Assembly: GCA_964562105.1 (NCBI GenBank)
Contig: CAZLRP010000001.1
Coordinates: 2,949-66,948, forward strand
Length of the DNA stretch: 64,000 bases
Direction of reading: 5' to 3'
DNA from: an uncultured Candidatus Saccharibacteria bacterium
GTDB taxonomy: Bacteria > Patescibacteriota > Minisyncoccia > Phycocordibacterales > GWA1-40-21
Under the pieces are notes generated by a model. That model saw only the letters and a program-made list of their open reading frames with translations, made no database searches and was not told the origin of the DNA. Positions 29,230 through 38,118 of this stretch are shown one piece after another; position 1 is the first letter of the stretch; each line of letters opens with the position of its first letter. A program made the position numbers and the translations under genes.

Positions 29230-29610
29230 GAACAAAGACAGAAATTATTACCGCTTTTACAAAAAGTAAAAACTGTTTATATTCTTTGGTATGAATATTA
29301 TCAAATATTACCCAAACCACACAGATATTCTCTTGGCAACAGAATTGATACCCTTTTTGTAGAAATAATAGAAGCAATATCCATAGCAAGTTTTTTGCCA
29401 AAAGAAGAAAAAAGAACTTACATATCTATCGCCATCAGAAAACTTGATACGTTAAAAATCCTAATAATGGTTCTTTGGGAAACAAAATCACTGGACAATA
29501 AAAAGTATATCGCCCTATCGCTTCATCTGGATGAAATCGGGAAAATGCTCGGCGGTTGGAACGGGCAAATATTAAAACAAAACTCTCCCGCAAAAGCAGG
29601 AGAGAAATGA
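29214..29610 (+). CDS. avd: Avd-like DGR accessory protein (four-helix bundle), frame interrupted by a C10 tract
   Basis: Translation ...YQILPKPHRYSLGNRIDTLFVEIIEAISIASF...LHLDEIGKMLGGWNGQILKQNSPAKAGEK resembles Bordetella phage bAvd as recalled from memory (no alignment was run), including its C-terminus; the ATGATG start joins this frame only if the C10 run is C9. Confidence 0.6.
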
Positions 29611-29616
29611 AAAGAG

Positions 29617-29745
29617 TTGTGAACGCCAGCAAACCGATAGTTATCGTTCCAGTCTTCATCAAACCAATTCAGGTTCAGCTTACGCCTGCTGTCGTTCTCG
29701 TTGAGGTAAGCCACGTTGCGGTTGCCGTTAAGCTTGCAGACAGAA
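29617..29745 (-). repeat. DGR template repeat (TR)
   Basis: Adenine-rich copy (AAC codons: NGNRN, NEND, NLN, NDN in the target frame), invariant partner of the VR. Confidence 0.85.
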
Positions 29746-29799
29746 ATGTGCAAAATACCGTCTATGCCACCATCCCTTGAATACTCTAAGGATTGAATC

Positions 29800-30039
29800 T
29801 TATTTGACATCGTAATGCCTTAATATATTGCACCAAGTATCTTCATTTTTTGTGAAGAGTCTACATAAGTCCTCTGTTTGAAACCTTAGTCGCAAACGCT
29901 CCCAACTTATGGATACTGGATTCGGCAGTGAGAAACCGTAATCGCTCACATATTCACCTAATACCGATTTTATTTTAGCATAAAAAAACAGCTCGTCTAT
30001 CTTTACTGCTTTCGCAGTTTGGATAAACGAGCCGTTCAA
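29800..30039 (-). CDS. small ORF between VR and TR (hypothetical)
   Basis: 79-aa ORF only; no motif. Confidence 0.2.
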   Translation of the reverse strand: MNGSFIQTAKAVKIDELFFYAKIKSVLGEYVSDYGFSLPNPVSISWERLRLRFQTEDLCRLFTKNEDTWCNILRHYDVK

Positions 30040-30103
30040 ATCGAAAGAACTAAGTTCAAAGTTTCAAAGTGCAAGTACACAGTGACACAAAACTAAGTTC
30101 TAA

Positions 30104-30697
30104 TTACTTGTGAACGCCAGCAAACCGATAGCGAGCGCGCCAGTCTTCAACAAACCAATCCAGGCTCAGCCTACGCCTGCTGCCGCTCTCGCTGAGGTAA
30201 GCCACGCGGCGGCGGCCGCAAAGCTTGCAGACAGAACCGAGAGCAACAATGGGGAATTTTCTCTGAAGGTTCGGCTCTTTGACAGAGAGACCTAAAAGGT
30301 CTTGGATTGTGGCAGGTTTGTAGCCAGCTTTGTCCATCTCGGCGATTGCATCTTTCGAGGAAATGCTTTTATTGAAGTGAAAAATCGCCACTTCCTTGTC
30401 TACTTTTTTGCCATCTTTCAGCTTAGGGAAGGTTTTGGAAGTGATGTCGTCGTTCGCCCAATCAAACTTACCGAGCTTAATCGCCTCTTCCACGGAAATG
30501 GTCTCGTCAACCGGAACCATAAAGGTGTGGGTGATGAAGTTGGTCATTTTCGTGATTTCCACTGGTGGACACAAAGCTTCCTTCAGAGTTTTTTGCAAAC
30601 CCTTGGGATTTTCTATCCATCCCTGCATGAGACTGCTGTCCATTTCGGGCAGATTTTCTGCGATGCTAGCTACCAACTTTGCTGTTTGCTTATCCAT
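30104..30697 (-). CDS. DGR target protein with C-terminal variable repeat
   Basis: C-terminal 39 codons are the VR; good RBS (AGGAGG) upstream; ends ...YRFAGVHK at the VR end. Confidence 0.8.
   Translation of the reverse strand: MDKQTAKLVASIAENLPEMDSSLMQGWIENPKGLQKTLKEALCPPVEITKMTNFITHTFMVPVDETISVEEAIKLGKFDWANDDITSKTFPKLKDGKKVDKEVAIFHFNKSISSKDAIAEMDKAGYKPATIQDLLGLSVKEPNLQRKFPIVALGSVCKLCGRRRVAYLSESGSRRRLSLDWFVEDWRARYRFAGVHK
30109..30225 (-). repeat. DGR variable repeat (VR) at the 3' end of the target gene
   Basis: Differs from TR only where TR has A; runs to the target gene's stop codon. Confidence 0.85.
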
Positions 30698-30699
30698 AG

Positions 30700-30925
30700 T
30701 GTTTTTTCCTCCTTTGATAAGGTTTTCACTATTTGCTTGGCTACTGTGTATATTTAATAGTCATAGCCAGAAGACCTCAATTTTTAAGAGCTTTTGGCTA
30801 TGACTATTTTGCAAGTATTTAAAAGAACCACCGGTAATAGTGTACACTGTTTGATATTTTTTGTCAAGATTTTTGAATTTGAAATTATTTTTTAATTTTA
30901 AACTTTATTTTTACTTTTTTCTCTT
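30700..30925. promoter_or_regulatory. upstream region of the DGR target gene with a 12-bp inverted repeat TAGTCATAGCCA...TGGCTATGACTA
   Basis: hairpin at 30758-30806 on the coding side upstream of the AGGAGG RBS. Confidence 0.35.
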
Positions 30926-31743
30926 TACTTTTTAAGTTTACTTATTGCTTCCTCAAAATCTTTCGGGTAAGGAGCGATAATGGTTAATATTTTTTTTGAA
31001 AGAAGATTTATTTCCAATTCTCTTGCATGAAGCGCCATTCTTTTAAATCCCAATTGTTGTTTTTTGTTCAAATAAAAATTCGTGGCATAAAGTTTATCTT
31101 GCACTATTGGATGATTTATAGCACTAAAATGAACTCTTATCTGATGCGTTCTACCGGTTTTTGGTATCGCTTCCACAAAAGTAATATCGTTTATTTTATT
31201 CAAAACTTTAAAATATGTTACGGCCTCACGCGCTTCGCCTCTAATACCTCTTTGGGCTGTCCATTTACGAAAATCAGTTGAGCTTCTGCCTATCGGCCTG
31301 TTTATCATTCCCCTTTCATCTTTGACGTCGCCATAAACAAAAGCCTGGTAAACTTTGCGAACCTTTCTGTCTTTAAATTGTTTTTTTAGAAATTCAAATG
31401 ATTCTTTGTTTTTTGCAATGATAAGAACACCGCTCGTATCTCTATCAATCCTGTGAACTATTCCCGGCCTCAATATTTTTTTACCCGCTAAAGTTTTGCC
31501 TGACGCATTGGACTTTTTGTCCAATGCACGGAAAATCTTGGATTTTCCATCAGGCAAAATTTTTTCGGGTGAACCATCATCAAGAATAATTGGTTCACCG
31601 ACATTTTTTATGCGAGGATATTTTTTCAAAATCCAATCTACCAAAGTTTTTTCCTTGGTTTTTCCATCAAAATGAACAACTAGACCGGCGGGCTTGTTTA
31701 TAATCACGACATCTTTATTTTCGTAGAGAATAGAGATTTTCAT
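30925..31743 (-). CDS. RluA family pseudouridine synthase
   Basis: HRIDRDTSGVLIIAK catalytic motif. Confidence 0.85.
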   Translation of the reverse strand: MKISILYENKDVVIINKPAGLVVHFDGKTKEKTLVDWILKKYPRIKNVGEPIILDDGSPEKILPDGKSKIFRALDKKSNASGKTLAGKKILRPGIVHRIDRDTSGVLIIAKNKESFEFLKKQFKDRKVRKVYQAFVYGDVKDERGMINRPIGRSSTDFRKWTAQRGIRGEAREAVTYFKVLNKINDITFVEAIPKTGRTHQIRVHFSAINHPIVQDKLYATNFYLNKKQQLGFKRMALHARELEINLLSKKILTIIAPYPKDFEEAISKLKK

Positions 31744-31753
31744 GGATAATAGA

Positions 31754-32671
31754 TTATTGATTTACAACATTTTTCAGCTTATTTTTAGTACAAGCGATAA
31801 TCGTATCTACCCAAACTCTCATATCCTCTTCAAACGCTTCCTTAGTAAACCACGCATTAGGAGGTGTAACCAAAACATTTCCTTTAAAATCTTCTGGATT
31901 TTGTTTTTCTGATTCAAAAGCAATACCAGCTAATTTTCCTTTATTAATTAATTGCAGAGCAGTTTCTAAATCAAATATATCATCGGCTGTAATACTGACA
32001 ATAAAAGAACCGTTTTTCATTTTATTCAGCTTTTGTTTATTGAGCATTCCTTTTGTTTGTTTATTTCTGACTAAACAAGGAAAAATAAAATCTGATTTCT
32101 GAAGAGTTTCGTCAAGAGATTTATAAACAAATCTCTTATCTCTGCTTTTTCTTGACCAATAAATAACATTCATTCCCATAGCTTTCCCCAACTCGGCGAT
32201 TCGTGTCCCAATTGAACCTAATCCGACAATTCCCATTGTTTTATCTTTTATTTCCCAACCTTGTTGTTTGTTATAATCAATCTTCCATTCGTTTTTAACA
32301 ACTAGAGATAATTTTCTAGCCACATTCAACATCAGAGAAATGGCATATTCGGCGACTGATTCAGTTGAATATTTTGGAACATTTGTTAAAACAATTCTTT
32401 TCTTTTTTGCATATTCTCCGTCTAGCCAACTAAAGCTAGTCGTGGGCAAACAAATAGCTTTGAGATTTTGAATACCAGAAATGTCAGTGTTTGAAAACTT
32501 CCAACCTACCACTTCCGGGCCAATAGCTATGATTTTTTCTTCGCTGCCCGTGAAAATCTTATCTTTGTAGTTTGGATTCTTTTCTATAAAAAATACCTCC
32601 CCAACTTTTTTTAGAGCATTAATTTGGTCTTTTGTAAAATCTTTTTTGGAATTGATAATAATTATACGCAT
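31754..32671 (-). CDS. D-isomer-specific 2-hydroxyacid dehydrogenase family protein
   Basis: GIVGLGSIGTRIA NAD-binding motif, 305 aa. Confidence 0.78.
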   Translation of the reverse strand: MRIIIINSKKDFTKDQINALKKVGEVFFIEKNPNYKDKIFTGSEEKIIAIGPEVVGWKFSNTDISGIQNLKAICLPTTSFSWLDGEYAKKKRIVLTNVPKYSTESVAEYAISLMLNVARKLSLVVKNEWKIDYNKQQGWEIKDKTMGIVGLGSIGTRIAELGKAMGMNVIYWSRKSRDKRFVYKSLDETLQKSDFIFPCLVRNKQTKGMLNKQKLNKMKNGSFIVSITADDIFDLETALQLINKGKLAGIAFESEKQNPEDFKGNVLVTPPNAWFTKEAFEEDMRVWVDTIIACTKNKLKNVVNQ

Positions 32672-32740
32672 ATATTTTTATTTTAGTAAGTATGTTCTTA
32701 TTGATAATCTAACATAAATACGTTATTGTATAAAGCGTTC

Positions 32741-32814
32741 GGGCGCTTAGCTCAGTTGGTTAGAGCAATCGCTTTACACGCGAAAGGTCAGGGGTTCGAG
32801 TCCCTTAGCGCCCA
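32741..32814 (+). tRNA. tRNA-Val (anticodon TAC)
   Basis: cloverleaf; anticodon loop TTTACAC; T-loop GGTTCGAGTCC. Confidence 0.85.
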
Positions 32815-32853
32815 CAAATTAGGAAACCGCTTTGAGGCAGTTTTTTATTTTTG

Positions 32854-32925
32854 TGCTCTCGGTTGGAATCGAACCAACATTGACGGCTTAGAAGTCCGCA
32901 GTTCTATCCATTGAACTACGAGAGC
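32854..32925 (-). tRNA. tRNA-Arg (anticodon TCT)
   Basis: cloverleaf; anticodon loop CTTCTAA; T-loop GGTTCGATTCC. Confidence 0.8.
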
Positions 32926-32928
32926 ATA

Positions 32929-33549
32929 CTATATTTTAAAATGTGCCAGCATACCTTTTTTCCATCCAATAATTTTTCTAAATAACTCTTTTGAATTTAT
33001 TACTATGGAGCATGTGCCTTCATAAAGAATATTTTTTCTGCTTTTTAAAGATGTTTTTTTGATATATAACTTGTGAAACTGCCTTTTATCTACGCCAGTA
33101 ATCTTTGACCAATAATCAGTAACTTCTGGAGAAGAATGCAAACTATGGATATGTAACGCTATTCTAAATTTACTTTCTTCTACGAGACAAACTTCTCTAA
33201 ACCATTTCATCATCAACTTAATCATATTGCTGTCAGAATTGGCAAATTTGACTCGCTCTTGTTTTTTATCACCTTCTGCCCAATAAAGCAACAATCCGGA
33301 TAAGAATAACTTATTATTTATAAGTTTTTTGAATTCTATTTCAGCTTTATCTATTATTATTTTTGTCCTATTAATCCTATCCGTCTTTCTTGACAAGGCG
33401 GCAAAATACCTTGATTTCTCTCTTCCTTTTAATATTTTGTCTAGATTTTTTTTACTGACTTCAATATCCCTTAACCAAAGACTTAGGGTGCTTTTTGAAA
33501 CATTGACAACTTTAAGGATATTGCCGTAGGATTTACCAGATTTTCTCAT
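32929..33549 (-). CDS. HTH-containing protein with single LAGLIDADG-like motif (possible homing endonuclease relative)
   Basis: N-terminal HTH (SYGNILKVVNVSKSTLSLWLRD) and GLLLYWAEGDK motif; immediately downstream of tRNA-Arg. Confidence 0.4.
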   Translation of the reverse strand: MRKSGKSYGNILKVVNVSKSTLSLWLRDIEVSKKNLDKILKGREKSRYFAALSRKTDRINRTKIIIDKAEIEFKKLINNKLFLSGLLLYWAEGDKKQERVKFANSDSNMIKLMMKWFREVCLVEESKFRIALHIHSLHSSPEVTDYWSKITGVDKRQFHKLYIKKTSLKSRKNILYEGTCSIVINSKELFRKIIGWKKGMLAHFKI

Positions 33550-33627
33550 TTTTATCGCCAAAATTTTCTCGTCGTATTTCACGCATATAATTATAGAATA
33601 ATGTATTAGAAAATACAACAATCTATT

Positions 33628-33957
33628 TTATATAGAAGGGTCAATTAAATTTTCCAATTTTAAATTAGCAACTACAGATTTTTTTGCTTTAAAATTATTC
33701 AGTATTTTTTCTAAATCATCGGATTTTAATTTTTCAATAGTAAGCTCCGTTTTGTCTACGCTTATATACATATCTTCTTTCACAAGAGTTTTATACATAT
33801 GAATATCAAAAAAAACAGAGGTCGCCACTAAGATAGCGAGAAAAATTATTAAAATATTCCAATCTCTTTTTGGATTTACTATGTCTCTTGACAAAAGTGC
33901 AGGCTTTGACAAAGAATCTGTGGTGGGTAATTTAATTTTGTTGATATTATTATTCAT
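33628..33957 (-). CDS. small membrane protein
   Basis: 109 aa, one TM helix. Confidence 0.4.
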   Translation of the reverse strand: MNNNINKIKLPTTDSLSKPALLSRDIVNPKRDWNILIIFLAILVATSVFFDIHMYKTLVKEDMYISVDKTELTIEKLKSDDLEKILNNFKAKKSVVANLKLENLIDPSI

Positions 33958-33974
33958 ATTTATAAAAAATTATT

Positions 33975-34035
33975 AATTGTATTTATTCGTTGCCATTCGT
34001 ATCATTTGTATAATTCGTATATTCGTATGTTTATC
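33975..34035. repeat. heptamer array
   Basis: TATTCGTTGCCATTCGTATCATTTGTATAATTCGTATATTCGTATGTTTATC. Confidence 0.65.
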
Positions 34036-34593
34036 TTATTTATCTTTCATCTTTACTACAGTAAAATCCAAATTTAAAGACCATTCCGGAACTTTTCTGC
34101 CTTTTATTATTGAATCGGAAAATTTATTTAGCGACATTTTGGTTATATTTATTTTCAAAGGATAATTTTCCAAAGATTTTAAAAATAGTTGGATATTTTG
34201 CCATGCCCCTGTGGCATTAATGTTTATTTTTAATAATTCTTCCCCCATTTTGTCTCCTTTGTCATAAGTTGCGCTTGAAACGGTGTTTATATTGTATTTG
34301 AGCCCGGTATTTGAAATCAGCTGTTCTAATGTTTTTAGGAAATCAACGGTACCTCCTTTCGCTATAATATATTCTTCCAATTTTTTCTGATACATTTCAC
34401 CCAAAATCAAATCATCTTTCATCAAAGTTTCGGCACCTTCTTTTTTTAATTCCGTTTTTATATCGTTTGATTTATTTACAGATTCAGCAATCAAATTCTT
34501 CGTAAAAGAAAACAGAAATACAAAAGCGCCCATAGACGCAATGCCCAGAAGCAGAAAAACGGCTAATAATATTTTTGTTTCTTTTTTAGGCAT
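34036..34593 (-). CDS. type IV pilus assembly protein PilO-like
   Basis: N-terminal TM plus coiled coil; position after pilN. Confidence 0.5.
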   Translation of the reverse strand: MPKKETKILLAVFLLLGIASMGAFVFLFSFTKNLIAESVNKSNDIKTELKKEGAETLMKDDLILGEMYQKKLEEYIIAKGGTVDFLKTLEQLISNTGLKYNINTVSSATYDKGDKMGEELLKININATGAWQNIQLFLKSLENYPLKINITKMSLNKFSDSIIKGRKVPEWSLNLDFTVVKMKDK

Positions 34594-34609
34594 TTTTATT
34601 TTTTATTAA

Positions 34610-34690
34610 TTATTTGCAGCCATTCGTTCACCCTGTTAAATTTGAATTCTATTTAATAGGGTAAATTCGTATAATTTGTTAATTCGTAAT
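34610..34690. repeat. heptamer array
   Basis: GCAGCCATTCGTTCACC...AATTCGTATAATTTGTTAATTCGTAATTAT. Confidence 0.55.
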
Positions 34691-35223
34691 TATATGATTA
34701 AAGTTGCAGAAAACTGTGAATCAGAACTTTTTATGAAATCCGATACCGGGAATACTACGCTTTCAAATGAACCATCGGCGGTAATATTTTTATTAAATAA
34801 AGTTAGGCTGTCTCTCGTATTTGCAATACCATTTATTATAATTTTTTTACCGACTGGATTACTTTTTTCAATTATGAACGATAGAATTTTAATATCTTTA
34901 TTTTTTAAGGATATGATTTTCTTTATGATTTCGCTGTAGGACAATTTAGCATCTGCATCATCCGAAAGAGCCCCGACTAGTCCGTTTACTTTCTTTATAA
35001 ACAAAACTGGGTCTTCGCCATTATAAGCATTTTTTTGTTTGATTGATTCTAATTGATTGCTCGTTGTATCATTTTTGTATTTAGCAAAAAAAACTGACGG
35101 AAAAAACAGAGAAATTAATATTATGCTTGATATAAAAATAAATGTCATCAGAAATATGGCTATTCTGAATAAGTATTCAAGAATAATTTGTTTTTTATTT
35201 TTTTGTGGCAAAAAGTTAAGCAT
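34690..35223 (-). CDS. type IV pilus assembly protein PilN-like
   Basis: LNFLPQKNKKQ...TM helix; follows pilM. Confidence 0.6.
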   Translation of the reverse strand: MLNFLPQKNKKQIILEYLFRIAIFLMTFIFISSIILISLFFPSVFFAKYKNDTTSNQLESIKQKNAYNGEDPVLFIKKVNGLVGALSDDADAKLSYSEIIKKIISLKNKDIKILSFIIEKSNPVGKKIIINGIANTRDSLTLFNKNITADGSFESVVFPVSDFIKSSDSQFSATLII

Positions 35224-36343
35224 TTATTTGTTTGTAAGATGAAACCACTAAACCTATCGGCGTTGCAAAACTCAAAGAGTCCTGAAACTTCATGTCGGAT
35301 ACATTTTCTTTAATATCAAGAATATTTGATAACGTGCTAGCTAATACCACTTCAGTATTTATATTTTGATTTATATGCTTAGCCAAACCCGGCAATGTTG
35401 AACTCCTGCCGCATAAAATTATTGTATTTATTTTTTTCGTTTGATAATTTTTTGAATCTATAAATTTATTAATAATATATTCGTTAAATTTTTCTACTTC
35501 GTCTTTTAACACGGAAAAAATATTGGCGAGCGATAAATATGACTCCTTTGAATATGTCGTTTCAAAGGAGAAATCGTTTTCAAAAAATTTACCTACGACC
35601 AATTCATCAGAAAACAAACCTGTTTTTAAAAGGCTTCCCCTTATTACGCCCTCTCCTATTGGCACTAAAGAAGTAGTTCTGACAAAACCATCTATAACAG
35701 CTATAAGTACAGTGGAATCATCTTTTATATTGATTATAATCGAATTTCCCTTGTCTCCTTTGGAAATAACAGAATCGGCAACCATTTTTGATTCTATTTC
35801 ATACGATAACGGGTAAATCCTCGCCTGATCAAATACGTCAGTGTAATCAGATATTACTCTTTTTGGTATAACAGAAACGTTAAGCATCATATCTCTCTCC
35901 AATTTATTATCATTGATAATTTCATACTCAAAAGAAGCTTCTTCTAATTTTATCGGAACATTTTCTTCCATTTTAAATTCTATTGCTTCCCTGATATTAC
36001 TTTTGGCTTCTTTAGGTATTTGAGAATCAAAAATATAAGTTTTTTCTTCCGGTATGGAAACTTTTACAAAATCGGTTGAAATATTTTTCTTTACTTCAGC
36101 AAGAGTTTTTGCCAAAGCATCTTTATTTAATATTTCACCGTCTTTTATAATATTTGGTGCAAGTAAAACTTCGCCGAATTTTTTGACAGAAAATATCCCT
36201 TTTTTATTAAAAAATTCAATATATCTTATAGATTTATTGCATATCTCTATACCAGAAACAGGCATTGAAAGATAATTCGGTAATGAGAAAAGTTTTTTAA
36301 AAAAAATGGAAAGCATAACCTTCAGTATTATATAACGAAACAA
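35216..36343 (-). CDS. pilM: type IV pilus assembly ATPase-fold protein PilM
   Basis: actin-like fold pattern; 375 aa; pilMNO gene order. Confidence 0.78.
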   Translation of the reverse strand: MFRYIILKVMLSIFFKKLFSLPNYLSMPVSGIEICNKSIRYIEFFNKKGIFSVKKFGEVLLAPNIIKDGEILNKDALAKTLAEVKKNISTDFVKVSIPEEKTYIFDSQIPKEAKSNIREAIEFKMEENVPIKLEEASFEYEIINDNKLERDMMLNVSVIPKRVISDYTDVFDQARIYPLSYEIESKMVADSVISKGDKGNSIIINIKDDSTVLIAVIDGFVRTTSLVPIGEGVIRGSLLKTGLFSDELVVGKFFENDFSFETTYSKESYLSLANIFSVLKDEVEKFNEYIINKFIDSKNYQTKKINTIILCGRSSTLPGLAKHINQNINTEVVLASTLSNILDIKENVSDMKFQDSLSFATPIGLVVSSYKQINA

Positions 36344-36358
36344 AGATCTTTCAAAACA

Positions 36359-36958
36359 CTAGAATAAAATTTTGTACAAAATAAACAAAATGATCACGAT
36401 AGCTAAAATAACACTTCCCAAATTGAAGTATTTGAAGACAACCCCACCTATCTTTTGGCCAAAAATTTTCATAATATATGCAACGATAAAAAATCTAATC
36501 CCCCTACCTAATATTGAGGCGAACACAAAAACAATTAAATTTAAGTTGAAAAGTCCAGCCGCAATAGTAAATACTTTGTAAGGTATTGGCGTAAAAGCCG
36601 CAGTAAATATAGACAAAAAAGCATTTTTATTAAAAAAACTACCAACAAGCACAAGCTCATCTTGTAAGCCATACAAAGAAACCAAAGCTTTACCTGCAGT
36701 TTCAAAAAATGCCCAGCCAATAAAATATCCAAATAATCCACCGAGAACAGAAGAAACAGTTGTAATTAGAGCATAATACCACCACTTCTCCCTATTCTTT
36801 ATTACAATCGGCATCAAATATAGATCTGGAGGTATAGGAAAAAATGATGACTCGGCAAAGGAAAGACCACAAAGCCATTTTGTAGCATTAGGACCACTTA
36901 CATTTTTATTAAGTATACTTCTTATGCCCTCAGATTTATTTTTTAAATATTTAAACAT
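36359..36958 (-). CDS. DedA/YqaA family membrane protein
   Basis: FFPIPPD motif. Confidence 0.65.
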   Translation of the reverse strand: MFKYLKNKSEGIRSILNKNVSGPNATKWLCGLSFAESSFFPIPPDLYLMPIVIKNREKWWYYALITTVSSVLGGLFGYFIGWAFFETAGKALVSLYGLQDELVLVGSFFNKNAFLSIFTAAFTPIPYKVFTIAAGLFNLNLIVFVFASILGRGIRFFIVAYIMKIFGQKIGGVVFKYFNLGSVILAIVIILFILYKILF

Positions 36959-37749
36959 TAATTTAATTCTGTTCCCTCTTCTATAAAATCTGGCAATTCC
37001 ATAATTGCGAGATTTTCACCCGTCTTTGCAGCAAGAATCATTCCGTTACTTTCAAAACCCATCATTTTCCTTGGTTCAAGATTAGTTACAAAAGCGACTT
37101 TCTTACCAATAAGCTTAGTGGATTCTGGAAAATACGCGGCTATACCAGAAAGAATCTGTCTTAGACCACTCTCTTCTTTGAAATCTACAGACAATTTTAG
37201 TAATTTGTCTGAGTTTGCTACAGGTTCCGCAGAAAGTATTTTCCCGACTTTCATTTCCACTTTTTTAAAATCATCGTAACTGATTTTGTTGCTGGTTTGC
37301 TCGTCCGGATGAACATCTGTTCGGGCGGGCTTCGCTTCGCTCGCAATGACATTCTTTTTATCCTGCCTGTTTTTTTCTTTATCCATAAATGTCTGCAATA
37401 TTATTGAGGCAGCAGAAGCATCAAGCATTTCGTTTTTACCAAAAGTTTTTTCCACTTGCATAGAAGACATGAATTCTGGTTCAAGAAAAATAGGAAGTTT
37501 GACAGTTAAAGCTAATTCTCTTTTAAAAGAAATTATTTCTGGGTTTATTTTGTTATCCTCTCCTTTATAATCTTTTGATTCTCCGACAACAACAGAGCCA
37601 ATCTCAGACTCTTTACACAAATCCGATATTTTTTGTAACAATTCATTATTATTTTCCAATACCATTTTAGGAAAAGCTACTTTTCCTTCTGCATCAGAAA
37701 TAGCTATTCCAACCCTTTTTTCACCATAATCTATGCCTAAATATTTCAT
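36958..37749 (-). CDS. Holliday-junction resolvase-like RuvX/YqgF fused to a C-terminal tRNA-binding (CsaA/Trbp111-like OB) domain
   Basis: YLGIDYGEKRVGIAISD N-terminus (YqgF); C-terminus KVGKILSAEPVANSDKLLKLSVDF...GMILA matches the tRNA-binding domain. Confidence 0.75.
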   Translation of the reverse strand: MKYLGIDYGEKRVGIAISDAEGKVAFPKMVLENNNELLQKISDLCKESEIGSVVVGESKDYKGEDNKINPEIISFKRELALTVKLPIFLEPEFMSSMQVEKTFGKNEMLDASAASIILQTFMDKEKNRQDKKNVIASEAKPARTDVHPDEQTSNKISYDDFKKVEMKVGKILSAEPVANSDKLLKLSVDFKEESGLRQILSGIAAYFPESTKLIGKKVAFVTNLEPRKMMGFESNGMILAAKTGENLAIMELPDFIEEGTELN

Positions 37750-37825
37750 GCATCTATAATACATTAATAAACTCGATATTAAAACTACAGATTGAACCTT
37801 GAGATTTTTTTGATATAATATATGT

Positions 37826-38068
37826 ATGGATACACAAACATTAAATGGGGCATTTGTCTCATATATGGGTTCTCACCCATGGATAATTTTATTAGTAGTT
37901 TGGTCTGCTATTTGGAAACTTATCGCATTATGGAAAGCCGCCAAGCATAATCAGCTGACTATTTTTATAATTCTTGGTGTTTTAAATACAGCAGGTATAG
38001 CAGAGATAATCTACATCGCTTATCTTTACTTCAAAGACAAAAAAGGAGTAACGATCCCAACAGCATAA
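37826..38068 (+). CDS. small membrane protein
   Basis: 80 aa, two TM helices. Confidence 0.35.
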   Translation: MDTQTLNGAFVSYMGSHPWIILLVVWSAIWKLIALWKAAKHNQLTIFIILGVLNTAGIAEIIYIAYLYFKDKKGVTIPTA

Positions 38069-38082
38069 TTTAGCAAAATAAT

Positions 38083-38118
38083 AAAAAGGGTTTTCGCTCC
38101 GCGAAAACCCTTTTTATT
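38083..38118. terminator. terminator hairpin with conserved TTTTCGC-YYY-GCGAAAA core
   Basis: AAAAAGGGTTTTCGCTCCGCGAAAACCCTTTTT. Confidence 0.75.

Larger units (their letters stand above)
28179..30697 (-). mobile_element. diversity-generating retroelement cassette: target(VR)-TR-avd(opposite strand)-RT
   Basis: TR 29617-29745 and VR 30109-30225 are ~129-bp direct repeats with 18 mismatches, all at TR adenines on the coding strand; RT with SQ motif; Avd-like ORF. Confidence 0.85.

Noticed and set aside
29523-29810. 95-aa minus-strand ORF overlapping the template repeat
   Set aside because: It is the DGR TR read in the target frame (AAC-rich), with no independent start context; it was treated as the TR, not a gene. 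ORFs 29207-29401 and 29435-29662 (minus) are antisense to avd and likewise rejected.
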